From: a bacterium
Lineage (GTDB): Bacteria; Fidelibacterota; Fidelibacteria; Fidelibacterales; Fidelibacteraceae
Reading direction: 5' to 3'
Length of the DNA: 64,000 nt
Assembly: GCA_963676395.1 (NCBI GenBank)
Contig: OY781066.1
Coordinates: 2,208,001 to 2,272,000, forward strand
Shown: piece after piece, positions 19,279 to 28,256 of the stretch
Layout: every line of letters begins with the position of its first letter
How positions within the stretch are numbered: position 1 is the stretch's first letter
Program-made: the position numbers and the translations under genes
Notes under the pieces: model-generated
What the model was told of the DNA's origin: nothing
What the model saw: only the letters and a program-made list of their open reading frames with translations
Database searches by the model: none

Positions 19279-19311
19279 AAAAAAGCCTCAGATATTACAC
19301 TGAGGCCTTTT
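19279..19311. terminator. Rho-independent terminator, possibly bidirectional
   Basis: aaaa-gcctcag...ctgaggc-ctttt. Confidence 0.7.
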
Positions 19312-19332
19312 ATTATTTGAGTTGCAATTATA

Positions 19333-19812
19333 TTAATAATTATCAGGATTATCTTTATTTAAATATGTGCTTAATTGATAAGAAAAATTCATCATGTGTT
19401 CATTAATTTCATCAATATAAACTTTTTGTTTTGGCACATGTTTATTGTAACCATCTAAAAACATTACATAGTTGTCAAATCTTAGATCAACATCATGATC
19501 TTTGATTGTAACTTTTAAATTAAATCTGGTAGGTGCTTCGGCCCCTAGGTTTACCATTGGGTAACAACTGACTTTGCCATGTACGGAAATTTTACCATTT
19601 TCCTTGTCGGTATAGGCGATTTCAGTACCATAAGAATTTACTAAATTATCACTGATCCATTCAAGAGTTTCTTGATAGATCACCTCTTGATCTTTATGAC
19701 TGACTTTAAATGAGCTGTTGTAGCAGCGATTTTCAGAGTCAACAACCTGGATTATTCCACAACTGAACATAAAAACGGCAACAAGCAGTAGTACAAATAC
19801 ATTTTTCTTCAT
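19333..19812 (-). CDS. Lipoprotein, DUF4468-like
   Basis: Lipobox MFSC; IYQETLEWI...YTDKENGKI...KVTIKD pattern; AGGAG RBS. Confidence 0.6.
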   Translation of the reverse strand: MKKNVFVLLLVAVFMFSCGIIQVVDSENRCYNSSFKVSHKDQEVIYQETLEWISDNLVNSYGTEIAYTDKENGKISVHGKVSCYPMVNLGAEAPTRFNLKVTIKDHDVDLRFDNYVMFLDGYNKHVPKQKVYIDEINEHMMNFSYQLSTYLNKDNPDNY

Positions 19813-20039
19813 AGTTATCTCCTTGATTAGTAAAGTAATAAGAACGGCACTAAAATAAAAATATTACGAATATTGTGCAAGATAAAAATTATGAAATAGG
19901 TATATAGGTAGATATAAAAAGGTACTCAATTATATTTAATTTCAATTGTCCGCGGTGTTTTTTGAGTTACTTGCTAAATGTTAGCGGTAATAATTTAGGT
20001 AGATTTTCCGTTTCACTGAGGAAAAGCGGAGAGGAGGGG

Positions 20040-20282
20040 AGACCTAGGATCGGCGATGTGAACATTACAGAAGTGACAATTCTAGGCGCAAACATCCCCT
20101 AATACCATAAAGGTGGCAGTCTGATTCAACCAACATTCTTCTTTATTGGGACAGTGGGCTTCGTCGCAAACGGTATGTAAACGATGGTGGCTTAGGACCG
20201 ATTGAACGCTTCGGCATTCGGTGCCGCCGGACAGCTTGATCTTCAGCCAATCAGGTTTGCGTACTTCCATCATTCTTTTCAA
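20040..20282 (-). pseudogene. lipA: Lipoyl synthase 5' remnant
   Basis: RKPDWLK, HTVCDEAHCPNKEECW (CX4CX5C), TATFMVLGDVC, then A-TAG-NCHFCNV completes CxxxCxxC across a stop; similarity ends soon after. Confidence 0.85.
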
Positions 20283-20660
20283 TTGTGTCGTTTCAATTAC
20301 AATGTGAAAAGTAATGATTTATTGAGGGGTTTCAAATACAAATCGGCGTAAAAGTAAGGAGTAAGGAGACTTAATTGTTAATTACAGTACATTAATTGAA
20401 TAAAAAATACTTTTGATATTCATATTTAGATTGTAAAATAGGCTATCGAATAAATTATTATGTATATACAGGCGAAAATCTGTAGCTGAAAGAATGTTTT
20501 TGGGATTATGTGTTGAATGCTGACAATCAGAAACTTACATCGCTCATTTGGTGGCAGAAAAGTAATTTCAGGGCTTGATATAGACTTGGAACCAGAAAAA
20601 TCAAATTCAATGGTGAGCGTTGATAGTGAATATTAAAACGATTAAAATACGTGGTTATAT

Positions 20661-21515
20661 ATGGAAACAATAACTATTACAGATTGGAATGAGTTTAAAA
20701 AATTGGTCTCTGATACCGAAATGACAAGTTGGATTTTCAGGGGACAAGCTATTTCGGATTGGCCAATATTAAGCTCTTTATCAAGATATTTTAATAAATT
20801 TGAAGTGCATACAGATTGTTGGCCTCATCAAGAGGAAAGATTATTAAGAATCTTTAAAAGAAAAGCTCACCATTATTTAGACAATGTTCCTACAGAAAAA
20901 GATACATTCGAGTGGCTTTCTTTGATGCAGCATTTTGGTACTCCTACTCGACTTGTTGATTTCACATTTTCACCATATGTTGCAGCTTTTTTTGCCTTAC
21001 ATAAAACGCAAGAAGATTGTGCGGTTTGGGCACTTTTCCCACCAAAATTTGATGGAGAATCAGAAATATTACTTCAAAATGGTGATAAATTTATTCCTAA
21101 AGATCGGTGGTTAAGAAAAAATGAAAATTATATTGATTATTATCTTAAAGGTGATAAATCATTTTTAATTATGGGCGAACCGGAAAGAATGAATCAAAGA
21201 CTAATTGCCCAAGCAGGCACATTTATTGTCCCAAGTAAAATTGACATACCCCTCGAAAAAATAATTATTGATAATTATCAAAATTCGGATGATGCAATTA
21301 AAAAAATAATTATAAAAAAATCTGTTAGAGATAAAGCTATGAAAGATTTATACAGATCAAATATTACAGAAGCTACCCTGTTTCCTGGAATAGATGGAAT
21401 GGCAAGAGCTTTATCATATGAATTAGAACATCATTGGGCTTATAATCCAAAAACAATGGAAAAGGTTGTAGGCTTTGATAGCCCTCCTTTTGGGTTGCCT
21501 GATTCAATCATATAG
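20661..21515 (+). CDS. FRG domain protein
   Basis: WIFRGQ, MQHFGTPTRLVDFT.SPYVAAFFA, RLIAQAGTF, TLFPGIDG. Confidence 0.9.
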   Translation: METITITDWNEFKKLVSDTEMTSWIFRGQAISDWPILSSLSRYFNKFEVHTDCWPHQEERLLRIFKRKAHHYLDNVPTEKDTFEWLSLMQHFGTPTRLVDFTFSPYVAAFFALHKTQEDCAVWALFPPKFDGESEILLQNGDKFIPKDRWLRKNENYIDYYLKGDKSFLIMGEPERMNQRLIAQAGTFIVPSKIDIPLEKIIIDNYQNSDDAIKKIIIKKSVRDKAMKDLYRSNITEATLFPGIDGMARALSYELEHHWAYNPKTMEKVVGFDSPPFGLPDSII

Positions 21516-21615
21516 CTAAGTAATTTGCTATCAATTATGGGTGTTTTTATAATTAGAACTAAATTTGGAATAAATATATTTTAGGAAAATATAATAAATA
21601 GGTATATAATTAATC

Positions 21616-22563
21616 ATGTCTATTATACTCGAGATAAATAATCTGGAAGTATCTTTTAAAAATAAAGATACAACAGTCTATGCCGTAAATAATGTATCAT
21701 TTTCTGTTGTTAGAAAAGAAGTACTCGGCATAGTAGGAGAATCAGGTTGTGGGAAATCTGTCACTTGTAAAACAATTTTAGGACTAAACAATCACCCGGA
21801 ACAAAGTGGAGAGGTTTTATTCCATGGGAAAAATATTTTGGAAGTTTCTGAAAAGGAGTTAAATAATATTCGTGGAAAAGAAATTTCCATGATTTTTCAA
21901 AATTCCGGGAATGCTCTGAATCCGATGGTAAGCATTGGGAAACAAATGGTTGAAGTGATACGCTTACATCAGGGACTAGACAAAATCGATGCTCAAAAAG
22001 AAGCGATACGGTTTTTAAAAGAAATGGATGTGCCTGATGCTGAAGAAAAAATGAACGAGTATCCGCATCAACAAAGCGGAGGAATAAACCAACGGATCGT
22101 TATTGCGATTGCATTAAGTTGTCATCCTGGATTATTGATTGCAGATGAACCAACAGCATCCTTGGATGTCACTATTCGAAACCAAATACTCCAGATTTTT
22201 AAAGATCTCAAAAAGAAACTAAGTATTATCATTGTTTCTCATGATTTGGCAGTTATTAAAGAAATCGCGGATAGAATCATTGTTATGTACAAGGGAATGA
22301 TCATGGAAGAAGGGAAAACGGAAGATATGTTCAAGAATCCATTACATCCCTACACAAAGGCTCTTTTAGCTTCCATTCCTTTTTTGAACAGAGATAAGAT
22401 CATTCTAAAGGGGGAGCCCCCTTCATCTCAAATTAAACCACAAGGTTGTCCTTTTGCAACAAGATGTCCTGATGTGATAGGTGAAATTTGTCATACAAAA
22501 AGGCCCAGTGAAACCATACTTGCAAATAAAGTTTATTGTCATCTTTTTAACAATAAACAATAA
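21616..22563 (+). CDS. Oligopeptide/dipeptide-type ABC transporter ATPase (OppD/DppD-like)
   Basis: GESGCGKS, YPHQQSGG, LIADEPT, HPYT, C-terminal GCPFATRC...C...CH. Confidence 0.9.
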   Translation: MSIILEINNLEVSFKNKDTTVYAVNNVSFSVVRKEVLGIVGESGCGKSVTCKTILGLNNHPEQSGEVLFHGKNILEVSEKELNNIRGKEISMIFQNSGNALNPMVSIGKQMVEVIRLHQGLDKIDAQKEAIRFLKEMDVPDAEEKMNEYPHQQSGGINQRIVIAIALSCHPGLLIADEPTASLDVTIRNQILQIFKDLKKKLSIIIVSHDLAVIKEIADRIIVMYKGMIMEEGKTEDMFKNPLHPYTKALLASIPFLNRDKIILKGEPPSSQIKPQGCPFATRCPDVIGEICHTKRPSETILANKVYCHLFNNKQ

Positions 22564-22579
22564 AGAAGCGAGGAGAATT

Positions 22580-24169
22580 ATGAAAACTGTAAATATTAAA
22601 CATTGGATTATACTTATTCTGGGATTAGCTCTATTATTTTCTTGCAGTAAAAACAACGAGCAGGAAGATGAATTGATTCTAAAAGATGTCTGGAAACTAG
22701 AACAGGCACAGATAAATTCCTTCGATCCCCTGGATGCTTATCATGCTTATCATATCCAATTGGTAAAACAATTATTTAATACGCTAACGAATCTAGATAA
22801 TACTGGAAAGATCATTTCATCTTTGGCAACTTCATGGGAAACCGATAATGGGAAAGACTGGATTTTTCATTTAAGAGATGATGTATGGTTTATAAATGAT
22901 TCCTGCTTTTCAAAAAAAGAAGATCGAAAATTCAATGCAAAAGATGTCAAATATACTTTTGAAAGACTTTTAGATCCTTCTTCAAGTTCCCTCGGTATAT
23001 CCTATTTTACTAATATTGCGGGTGTGAAAGAATACAGGGATGGTTCTTCCGCATCAATTAAGGGAATTAATCCCGTTGATAAGAATACAATTTCCTTTAA
23101 CTTAGTTCAAACGGATTATAATTTTCCAAATTTACTATCATTGCCATATTGCAGTATTGTAAAAAAAACGGCGATAGAACGAACGGACAGTAAACAGCAC
23201 CCTGTTGGAACAGGTCCTTTTATATTGGAGAAATATATTTCCAATCAATCTGTATCATTAATAAAAAATCCTGATTACTGGGAAAAATCCGGTAAAACCT
23301 CTTTGCCAATTGTTGATAAAGTAGAAATTACTTTAACGACAGATGACAACTACTCGTTTTTATTGTTTAAAAATAAAAAAACCGATTTTCTTGAATTGAA
23401 TCTTCCTTTGATCAAGCAACTTGAAAACAGCACCTTTTCATTTGATTATCAGAAAAATGTGCTGGAATCGGCTCAATTGAATTTTTACCTATTTAATTTG
23501 GATAAAATCCAGGATCCGACAATCAGAAAAGGAATTAGTTATACTATTGATCGGGGAAAAATGCAGGCATTGCTGGGAGATAATGGTACAATTACTTCAT
23601 CATTATACCCGAAAATATTTAGCAATATTTCTCAGCCACAACAAATACTCGCATATGACTTAATAAAAGCAAAGGAAATGCTTACTCAACCTATGCATAT
23701 AAAGCTTGTGTCATTTGATGATATGCTGTCCCGAAGTCTTGCCAATCAAATCAGGGAAGATTTGAAACCTTTTTCCATTGATGTGGAAATTGAAGCCGTT
23801 CCATTTGCTGTTTTGGTTGATCGTCTGACTTCAGGCAATTATGATATGATACAACTATTTTGGGGAATGTTGTATGCGGATGTCAATCATTTTCTTACAC
23901 CGTTCAAAACGTCTTCATTCCCGCCGGTAGGAAATAATTTCAATAAGTATTCCAACGATCAGTTTGATAATACTATCAATAAAGCGCCTCAGATGCCCAA
24001 AGAACAACAAGCAGAACTTTATAAAAAAGCCGAAGCAATAATTTTGGACGATATGCCATTTATATTAACTTATTATAAAAATATGATCAGTTTATCGGAT
24101 AAAAAATATGTTCTTCCTATAAATCCTTTGCTTTATAAGTATTATAAAGATGCTGTCCCTTTTGAATAA
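22580..24169 (+). CDS. Family 5 (OppA/DppA-like) substrate-binding lipoprotein
   Basis: AGGAG RBS then ATG 22580; lipobox LFSC; LATSW...WIFHLRDDV, PVGTGPF, NPDYW. Confidence 0.88.
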   Translation: MKTVNIKHWIILILGLALLFSCSKNNEQEDELILKDVWKLEQAQINSFDPLDAYHAYHIQLVKQLFNTLTNLDNTGKIISSLATSWETDNGKDWIFHLRDDVWFINDSCFSKKEDRKFNAKDVKYTFERLLDPSSSSLGISYFTNIAGVKEYRDGSSASIKGINPVDKNTISFNLVQTDYNFPNLLSLPYCSIVKKTAIERTDSKQHPVGTGPFILEKYISNQSVSLIKNPDYWEKSGKTSLPIVDKVEITLTTDDNYSFLLFKNKKTDFLELNLPLIKQLENSTFSFDYQKNVLESAQLNFYLFNLDKIQDPTIRKGISYTIDRGKMQALLGDNGTITSSLYPKIFSNISQPQQILAYDLIKAKEMLTQPMHIKLVSFDDMLSRSLANQIREDLKPFSIDVEIEAVPFAVLVDRLTSGNYDMIQLFWGMLYADVNHFLTPFKTSSFPPVGNNFNKYSNDQFDNTINKAPQMPKEQQAELYKKAEAIILDDMPFILTYYKNMISLSDKKYVLPINPLLYKYYKDAVPFE

Positions 24170-25029
24170 TGAAACGTTATAATCTAATATACCGCATTCT
24201 TTTCCTTTTATTGACGGTCTTGGTGATTCCTTTGTTACCAATCATTATTATCTTTTTAGGAACAAATTCTCCCGAATATGTGATCAAGGGAACCTTGAAT
24301 ATGAGTGTTTCGCCGGGAGTATCTCCTTGGAATCTGTATTTGGAAGCATTGAAAAACCTTCTTACATTCAATTTGGGGACATCCATTTCTTCCGGCCAAT
24401 CAGTTATAAATGAAATAGGTGCGGGATTGGGTCAATCTTTTAAGATTATTATACCGGCGCTGGTATTGAGCTACCTTCTGGGAACATTGATTGGTATTTT
24501 GAGAAAAGGTAAAAGCCCAATTACAGGAAAGCGGTATGATTTTATCTTTTACATTCCGATGATCGTTTTCTCCTATTTCTTTCTGTTCTTATCCGACAAA
24601 TTGGGAATTGATTTTACGTCCGGTATAAGATATGTGTATGCGGTTATTATCTTATCGATTTATCCGGTTTTTATCGTTTATAAATCATTTATTTCCCGAT
24701 ACCATACGATCATTGAAAGTGATTTTTACCAATTTCATTTGTCCACGGGTGTAGGTAAATCTAATATTTTTAAAAATTTTCTTGTAAAATATTTCGGAAT
24801 CGAATACCTTTCATTCTTAGAAAATCTTGTTATATATATGTTCGGGTTTATTTATTTTGTTGAATCCCCCTTTGCTATTAATGGTATGGGCTATAAATTT
24901 GTTTTGGGCATTCAACGATTTGATTACCCGCTGATCATTGGCTTCTGTATTGTGAGTATTATTTTTTTTTCTGTGATCAATATTATTATTGGATATATTC
25001 AATCAAAAATCGATCCTAGAAGGACATGA
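24169..25029 (+). CDS. ABC permease, divergent OppB-like
   Basis: Hydrophobic; NLGTS, VESPFAINGMG, DYPLIIG. Confidence 0.8.
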   Translation: MKRYNLIYRILFLLLTVLVIPLLPIIIIFLGTNSPEYVIKGTLNMSVSPGVSPWNLYLEALKNLLTFNLGTSISSGQSVINEIGAGLGQSFKIIIPALVLSYLLGTLIGILRKGKSPITGKRYDFIFYIPMIVFSYFFLFLSDKLGIDFTSGIRYVYAVIILSIYPVFIVYKSFISRYHTIIESDFYQFHLSTGVGKSNIFKNFLVKYFGIEYLSFLENLVIYMFGFIYFVESPFAINGMGYKFVLGIQRFDYPLIIGFCIVSIIFFSVINIIIGYIQSKIDPRRT

Positions 25030-25802
25030 AAATTAAAAAACAGACATGGCTTTTATCCTTTCTATTGATAATCATCATTATTATTACTTGCCATAATATT
25101 TTTCTTTCACCTTCTAAACAAACAACGTTATTAATATCTCCCAACTGGAATCATTGGTTTGGGACGGATATTAACGGAAATGATGTTTTTATAAGGACGT
25201 TGGGAGCATTTGGGTATGAACTGCTTAATTTGGTAAGTGTTCTTTTCCTTGTATGGATTTTGGGACTATTATTGGGAAGTTTGGTATCCCAGATCGGAGG
25301 TCAGGCTTTTAAAGCTTTTTTCTTGAATCTTGTTCATTACATGGCCACATTACCCGTATTACTGATTGCATTATTTTTGCTGATACTTTTTGGAGGTGGC
25401 TTTTTTAATGCTGTTATTATTCTTTCAATTACGATTATTCCGACACAAATACTTTTTGTGTACAATCAACTGGAAACAGCTCAAAATGAAAGCTTTGTTG
25501 TTGCTAAAAAGAGCTATGGATTATCTAATACCGCAATTTATAAATCTCATTTAATTCCTTTTATTTTAAAAAAATATAATAGTTATACTTTATCCCGCAT
25601 CCCAGAAATCATTATGATGAATCTCGCTTTAAATTTTTTAGGATTAGGGATTCAAGAACCTCATCCAAGTTTAGGACGGATGCTATTTGATGGTTTGTCT
25701 TTTATGTTTTCTGCGTGGTGGTTGTGGATATCTCCCGTTATATTAATATTTTTATTATTCCTGATTGTAATTAGTATTAATCATGGTAAAGCTTATGATT
25801 GA
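25026..25802 (+). CDS. ABC permease, OppC-like
   Basis: HWFGTDINGNDV, EAA-like FVVAKKSYGLS, LNFLGLG..PSLG. Confidence 0.85.
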   Translation: MKIKKQTWLLSFLLIIIIIITCHNIFLSPSKQTTLLISPNWNHWFGTDINGNDVFIRTLGAFGYELLNLVSVLFLVWILGLLLGSLVSQIGGQAFKAFFLNLVHYMATLPVLLIALFLLILFGGGFFNAVIILSITIIPTQILFVYNQLETAQNESFVVAKKSYGLSNTAIYKSHLIPFILKKYNSYTLSRIPEIIMMNLALNFLGLGIQEPHPSLGRMLFDGLSFMFSAWWLWISPVILIFLLFLIVISINHGKAYD

Positions 25803-26781
25803 CATTACATCTATTCAAAATAAATTGTTAAATGATATTAAATCCTCCTATGGAAAAAATAAATTAATACCATTTACAGGTGCAGGTTTTTCTAAAAATA
25901 TTATAGGTTATCCAAGCTGGAAAGAATTTATCGAAATAATATCTGATGATATCTCAGGAAACATAGAACATATTAAAGAGATGTTTGATAATAATTATCT
26001 TCAATCTATAGAATATTATATGATGAGTTTTCTTATAAATGAAAATCTTGCGGACGACCCAAAAAGTAAAGATCTTGGAAAAGAACAACTTTCAAAAAAA
26101 TTGAAAGAGATTTTTTGTAAAGAATTTGACCAGTCAACATGGGAAGCACAAATAGCTTTAATCAGTTTAAAGAATTTTGATTTAATATATACTACAAATT
26201 GGGATAATACCTTGGAAATTACTTGCAGGGAAATACTTGGTGAAGATAGATATAGGGTGTACTATAGAGCTTCACAATTAGAAAATATTAAAGAGGACTA
26301 TTGCAACATATTAGAACATAAAAAAGAAAATAGAAAAAAACTGATAATAAAATTACATGGTGATATTAAAGATTATGATTCAATAGTAGCATCAGAAGAT
26401 GCTTATTATAGTAGAATGAATTCATTTAATGCTTTCGATATTGTATTTCAAAATGATATACTTTTGAATGATTTTTTATTTATGGGGTTTAGTTTTGACG
26501 ATGCCAATATTAATTATTTACTTCAACAAATTCGATCTATGAAGAAAGAAATTAAACCTTCCAATAACAAAGTATATCTTATATCAATTAAAAAACCAGA
26601 TATCGCATATTATAAACTATATGAGAAATATAAAAACGTAGATGTATATTATTTGTTTAATAATATGCTAGAATATGAAATGTATGATAAATCTTGTGAT
26701 GAAGAAAAGAATAGAATAATAAAAAATAAAACAATAGAATTCTTCGATTATATTTCAGATGGAGAATTAAAAGAAAAGTAA
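25795..26781 (+). CDS. Stand-alone SIR2-like (SIR2_2) protein
   Basis: PFTGAGFS..YPSW, YTTNWD, IKLHGD, FMGFSFDD. Start may be 25783 or 25795. Confidence 0.85.
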   Translation: MIDITSIQNKLLNDIKSSYGKNKLIPFTGAGFSKNIIGYPSWKEFIEIISDDISGNIEHIKEMFDNNYLQSIEYYMMSFLINENLADDPKSKDLGKEQLSKKLKEIFCKEFDQSTWEAQIALISLKNFDLIYTTNWDNTLEITCREILGEDRYRVYYRASQLENIKEDYCNILEHKKENRKKLIIKLHGDIKDYDSIVASEDAYYSRMNSFNAFDIVFQNDILLNDFLFMGFSFDDANINYLLQQIRSMKKEIKPSNNKVYLISIKKPDIAYYKLYEKYKNVDVYYLFNNMLEYEMYDKSCDEEKNRIIKNKTIEFFDYISDGELKEK

Positions 26782-26805
26782 ACTAATGTATTAAGAGGTA
26801 TTCAG

Positions 26806-27861
26806 ATGGCTATAGGATTTTCAGGTAGTAATGGAGGTATTACAAATATATACAATCAATATCTTAATAAAATATGCACATCAAAACAATCGCTCGAAGT
26901 CTCATATTTTATTAACAATCGTTGTAACTTAAATTGTAAACACTGTTATGTCGGATATTATGATTCCTCAAAAAATCTTCAGATAGATGAATGGAGTAAA
27001 ACATTTGACAGCCTCATAAAAATGGGTGCTAAAACATTTGGAAATGTTGGGAAAGAGCCTTTACTGGATTGGGATAGTACAAAAATGTTGCTTCAATATT
27101 TTAAAGCCAAGAGAGATGAAGACAAAACTATACGTTTTGGGTTTGTCAGTAATGGATTGCTTCTAAATGAAGAAATTATTCAAGAATTGACCCAAATAGA
27201 GCCTGATTATATAGATATCAGTCTTGATGGCGACCAACATAGTCATGATTCTATCCGGGGAGAGGGTACTTATCAAAAACTTCTAACCAATCTTACTCTA
27301 TTGGCAGAAACGAACTTGGCAAAAAAGGTATTTATCAGTTTTACATTGAATAATATCAATAAACATTCATTGCCGGAAGTTATTAAAACCATTTATCAAA
27401 TCGGCTTGAAAAATTTGTTGATTTCACCTTATGTCACATTGAATAAAAAAGATCTGCTGTATCTATCAGATGTCGAAATTGCCGATATTATTTCCGATAT
27501 TCTGCATGAGAATACAATATCATTTAAAAATTATGAACATTTGAATATCTACGTAAAAAGTGATTATTCTTCTTCAAAGGGAGTCATGGAGAAATTTAAA
27601 GACAGAGGTATTATAAATAAAAATGATTTATTAGTAGATAATTATGGTGTTGTTTTTAATAAATATCAATTTGGTACAAATCATATTTATTTCAATTATT
27701 TACCTTATGACAATACCTTCACACAAGCCATTAGGATCAGTCATGACGGTTATGTAAGCGGTTGTCTTGAAATGTTCCATGAAGATTATCCTGAACGGGC
27801 TATTGGGAATATCAGGGAAATGGATATTTCAAAAATATTGGCAAATTATAATAAAAATTAA
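26806..27861 (+). CDS. Radical SAM enzyme of unknown function
   Basis: CNLNCKHC, GKEPLL, ISLDG..HDSIRG.G, C-terminal DGYVSGC..IGNI. Confidence 0.88.
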   Translation: MAIGFSGSNGGITNIYNQYLNKICTSKQSLEVSYFINNRCNLNCKHCYVGYYDSSKNLQIDEWSKTFDSLIKMGAKTFGNVGKEPLLDWDSTKMLLQYFKAKRDEDKTIRFGFVSNGLLLNEEIIQELTQIEPDYIDISLDGDQHSHDSIRGEGTYQKLLTNLTLLAETNLAKKVFISFTLNNINKHSLPEVIKTIYQIGLKNLLISPYVTLNKKDLLYLSDVEIADIISDILHENTISFKNYEHLNIYVKSDYSSSKGVMEKFKDRGIINKNDLLVDNYGVVFNKYQFGTNHIYFNYLPYDNTFTQAIRISHDGYVSGCLEMFHEDYPERAIGNIREMDISKILANYNKN

Positions 27862-27920
27862 TATTTGTCTTGCATTGTTATCTTATACAGATCATTAGTA
27901 AAACTCTTCAATAAATTTTA

Positions 27921-27945
27921 ATGTACTCAACTTTATGGAGTACAT
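27921..27945. terminator. Hairpin downstream of the radical SAM gene
   Basis: atgtactc...gagtacat inverted repeat; weak U-tail. Confidence 0.35.
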
Positions 27946-28041
27946 AAGATTAACATTTCTCAATGGAACAATTATATTTCTGCTCGTTTAAATTGACTAA
28001 ACAATGAGTTGTATATGAATCCCAAAGTATCAGCCTTCTCC

Positions 28042-28145
28042 TAACGATAAACGATAAACGATAAATGATGAACACCTGCCAGCCGAAGTCCGTTAACTAA
28101 CGGATGAAGGCATAAATAGTGACGCGTTACGCGTGACGAGTAACA
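28042..28145. repeat. Two short heptamer arrays plus a REP-like hairpin
   Basis: aacgata x3; cctgccagccgaagtccgtt...aacggatgaaggc; gtgacgc gttacgc gtgacga. Confidence 0.6.
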
Positions 28146-28256
28146 GGCTCCCAACCTTTCTACTATTTCCTTGCAAATCAGGCAATTAAGCCGCAAATTA
28201 GTTCAAGCAAATAAATAAGTTTAATCATTGGATCAAGGCATATTGTCTATGTGTAA

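Noticed and set aside
19975..19995. Integron attC end (GTTAGCGGTAAT)
   Set aside because: No matching complementary TAAC core at a suitable distance, no repetition between island genes, no integrase.
20082..20084. Pyrrolysine or stop-codon readthrough in lipA
   Set aside because: Similarity ends a few codons later, so readthrough would not give a full enzyme; other genes here end in TAG normally.
27921..27947. RiPP precursor (MYSTLWST) for the radical SAM enzyme
   Set aside because: Only 8 codons, no RBS, coincides with a hairpin; the enzyme lacks SPASM cysteines and an evident RRE.
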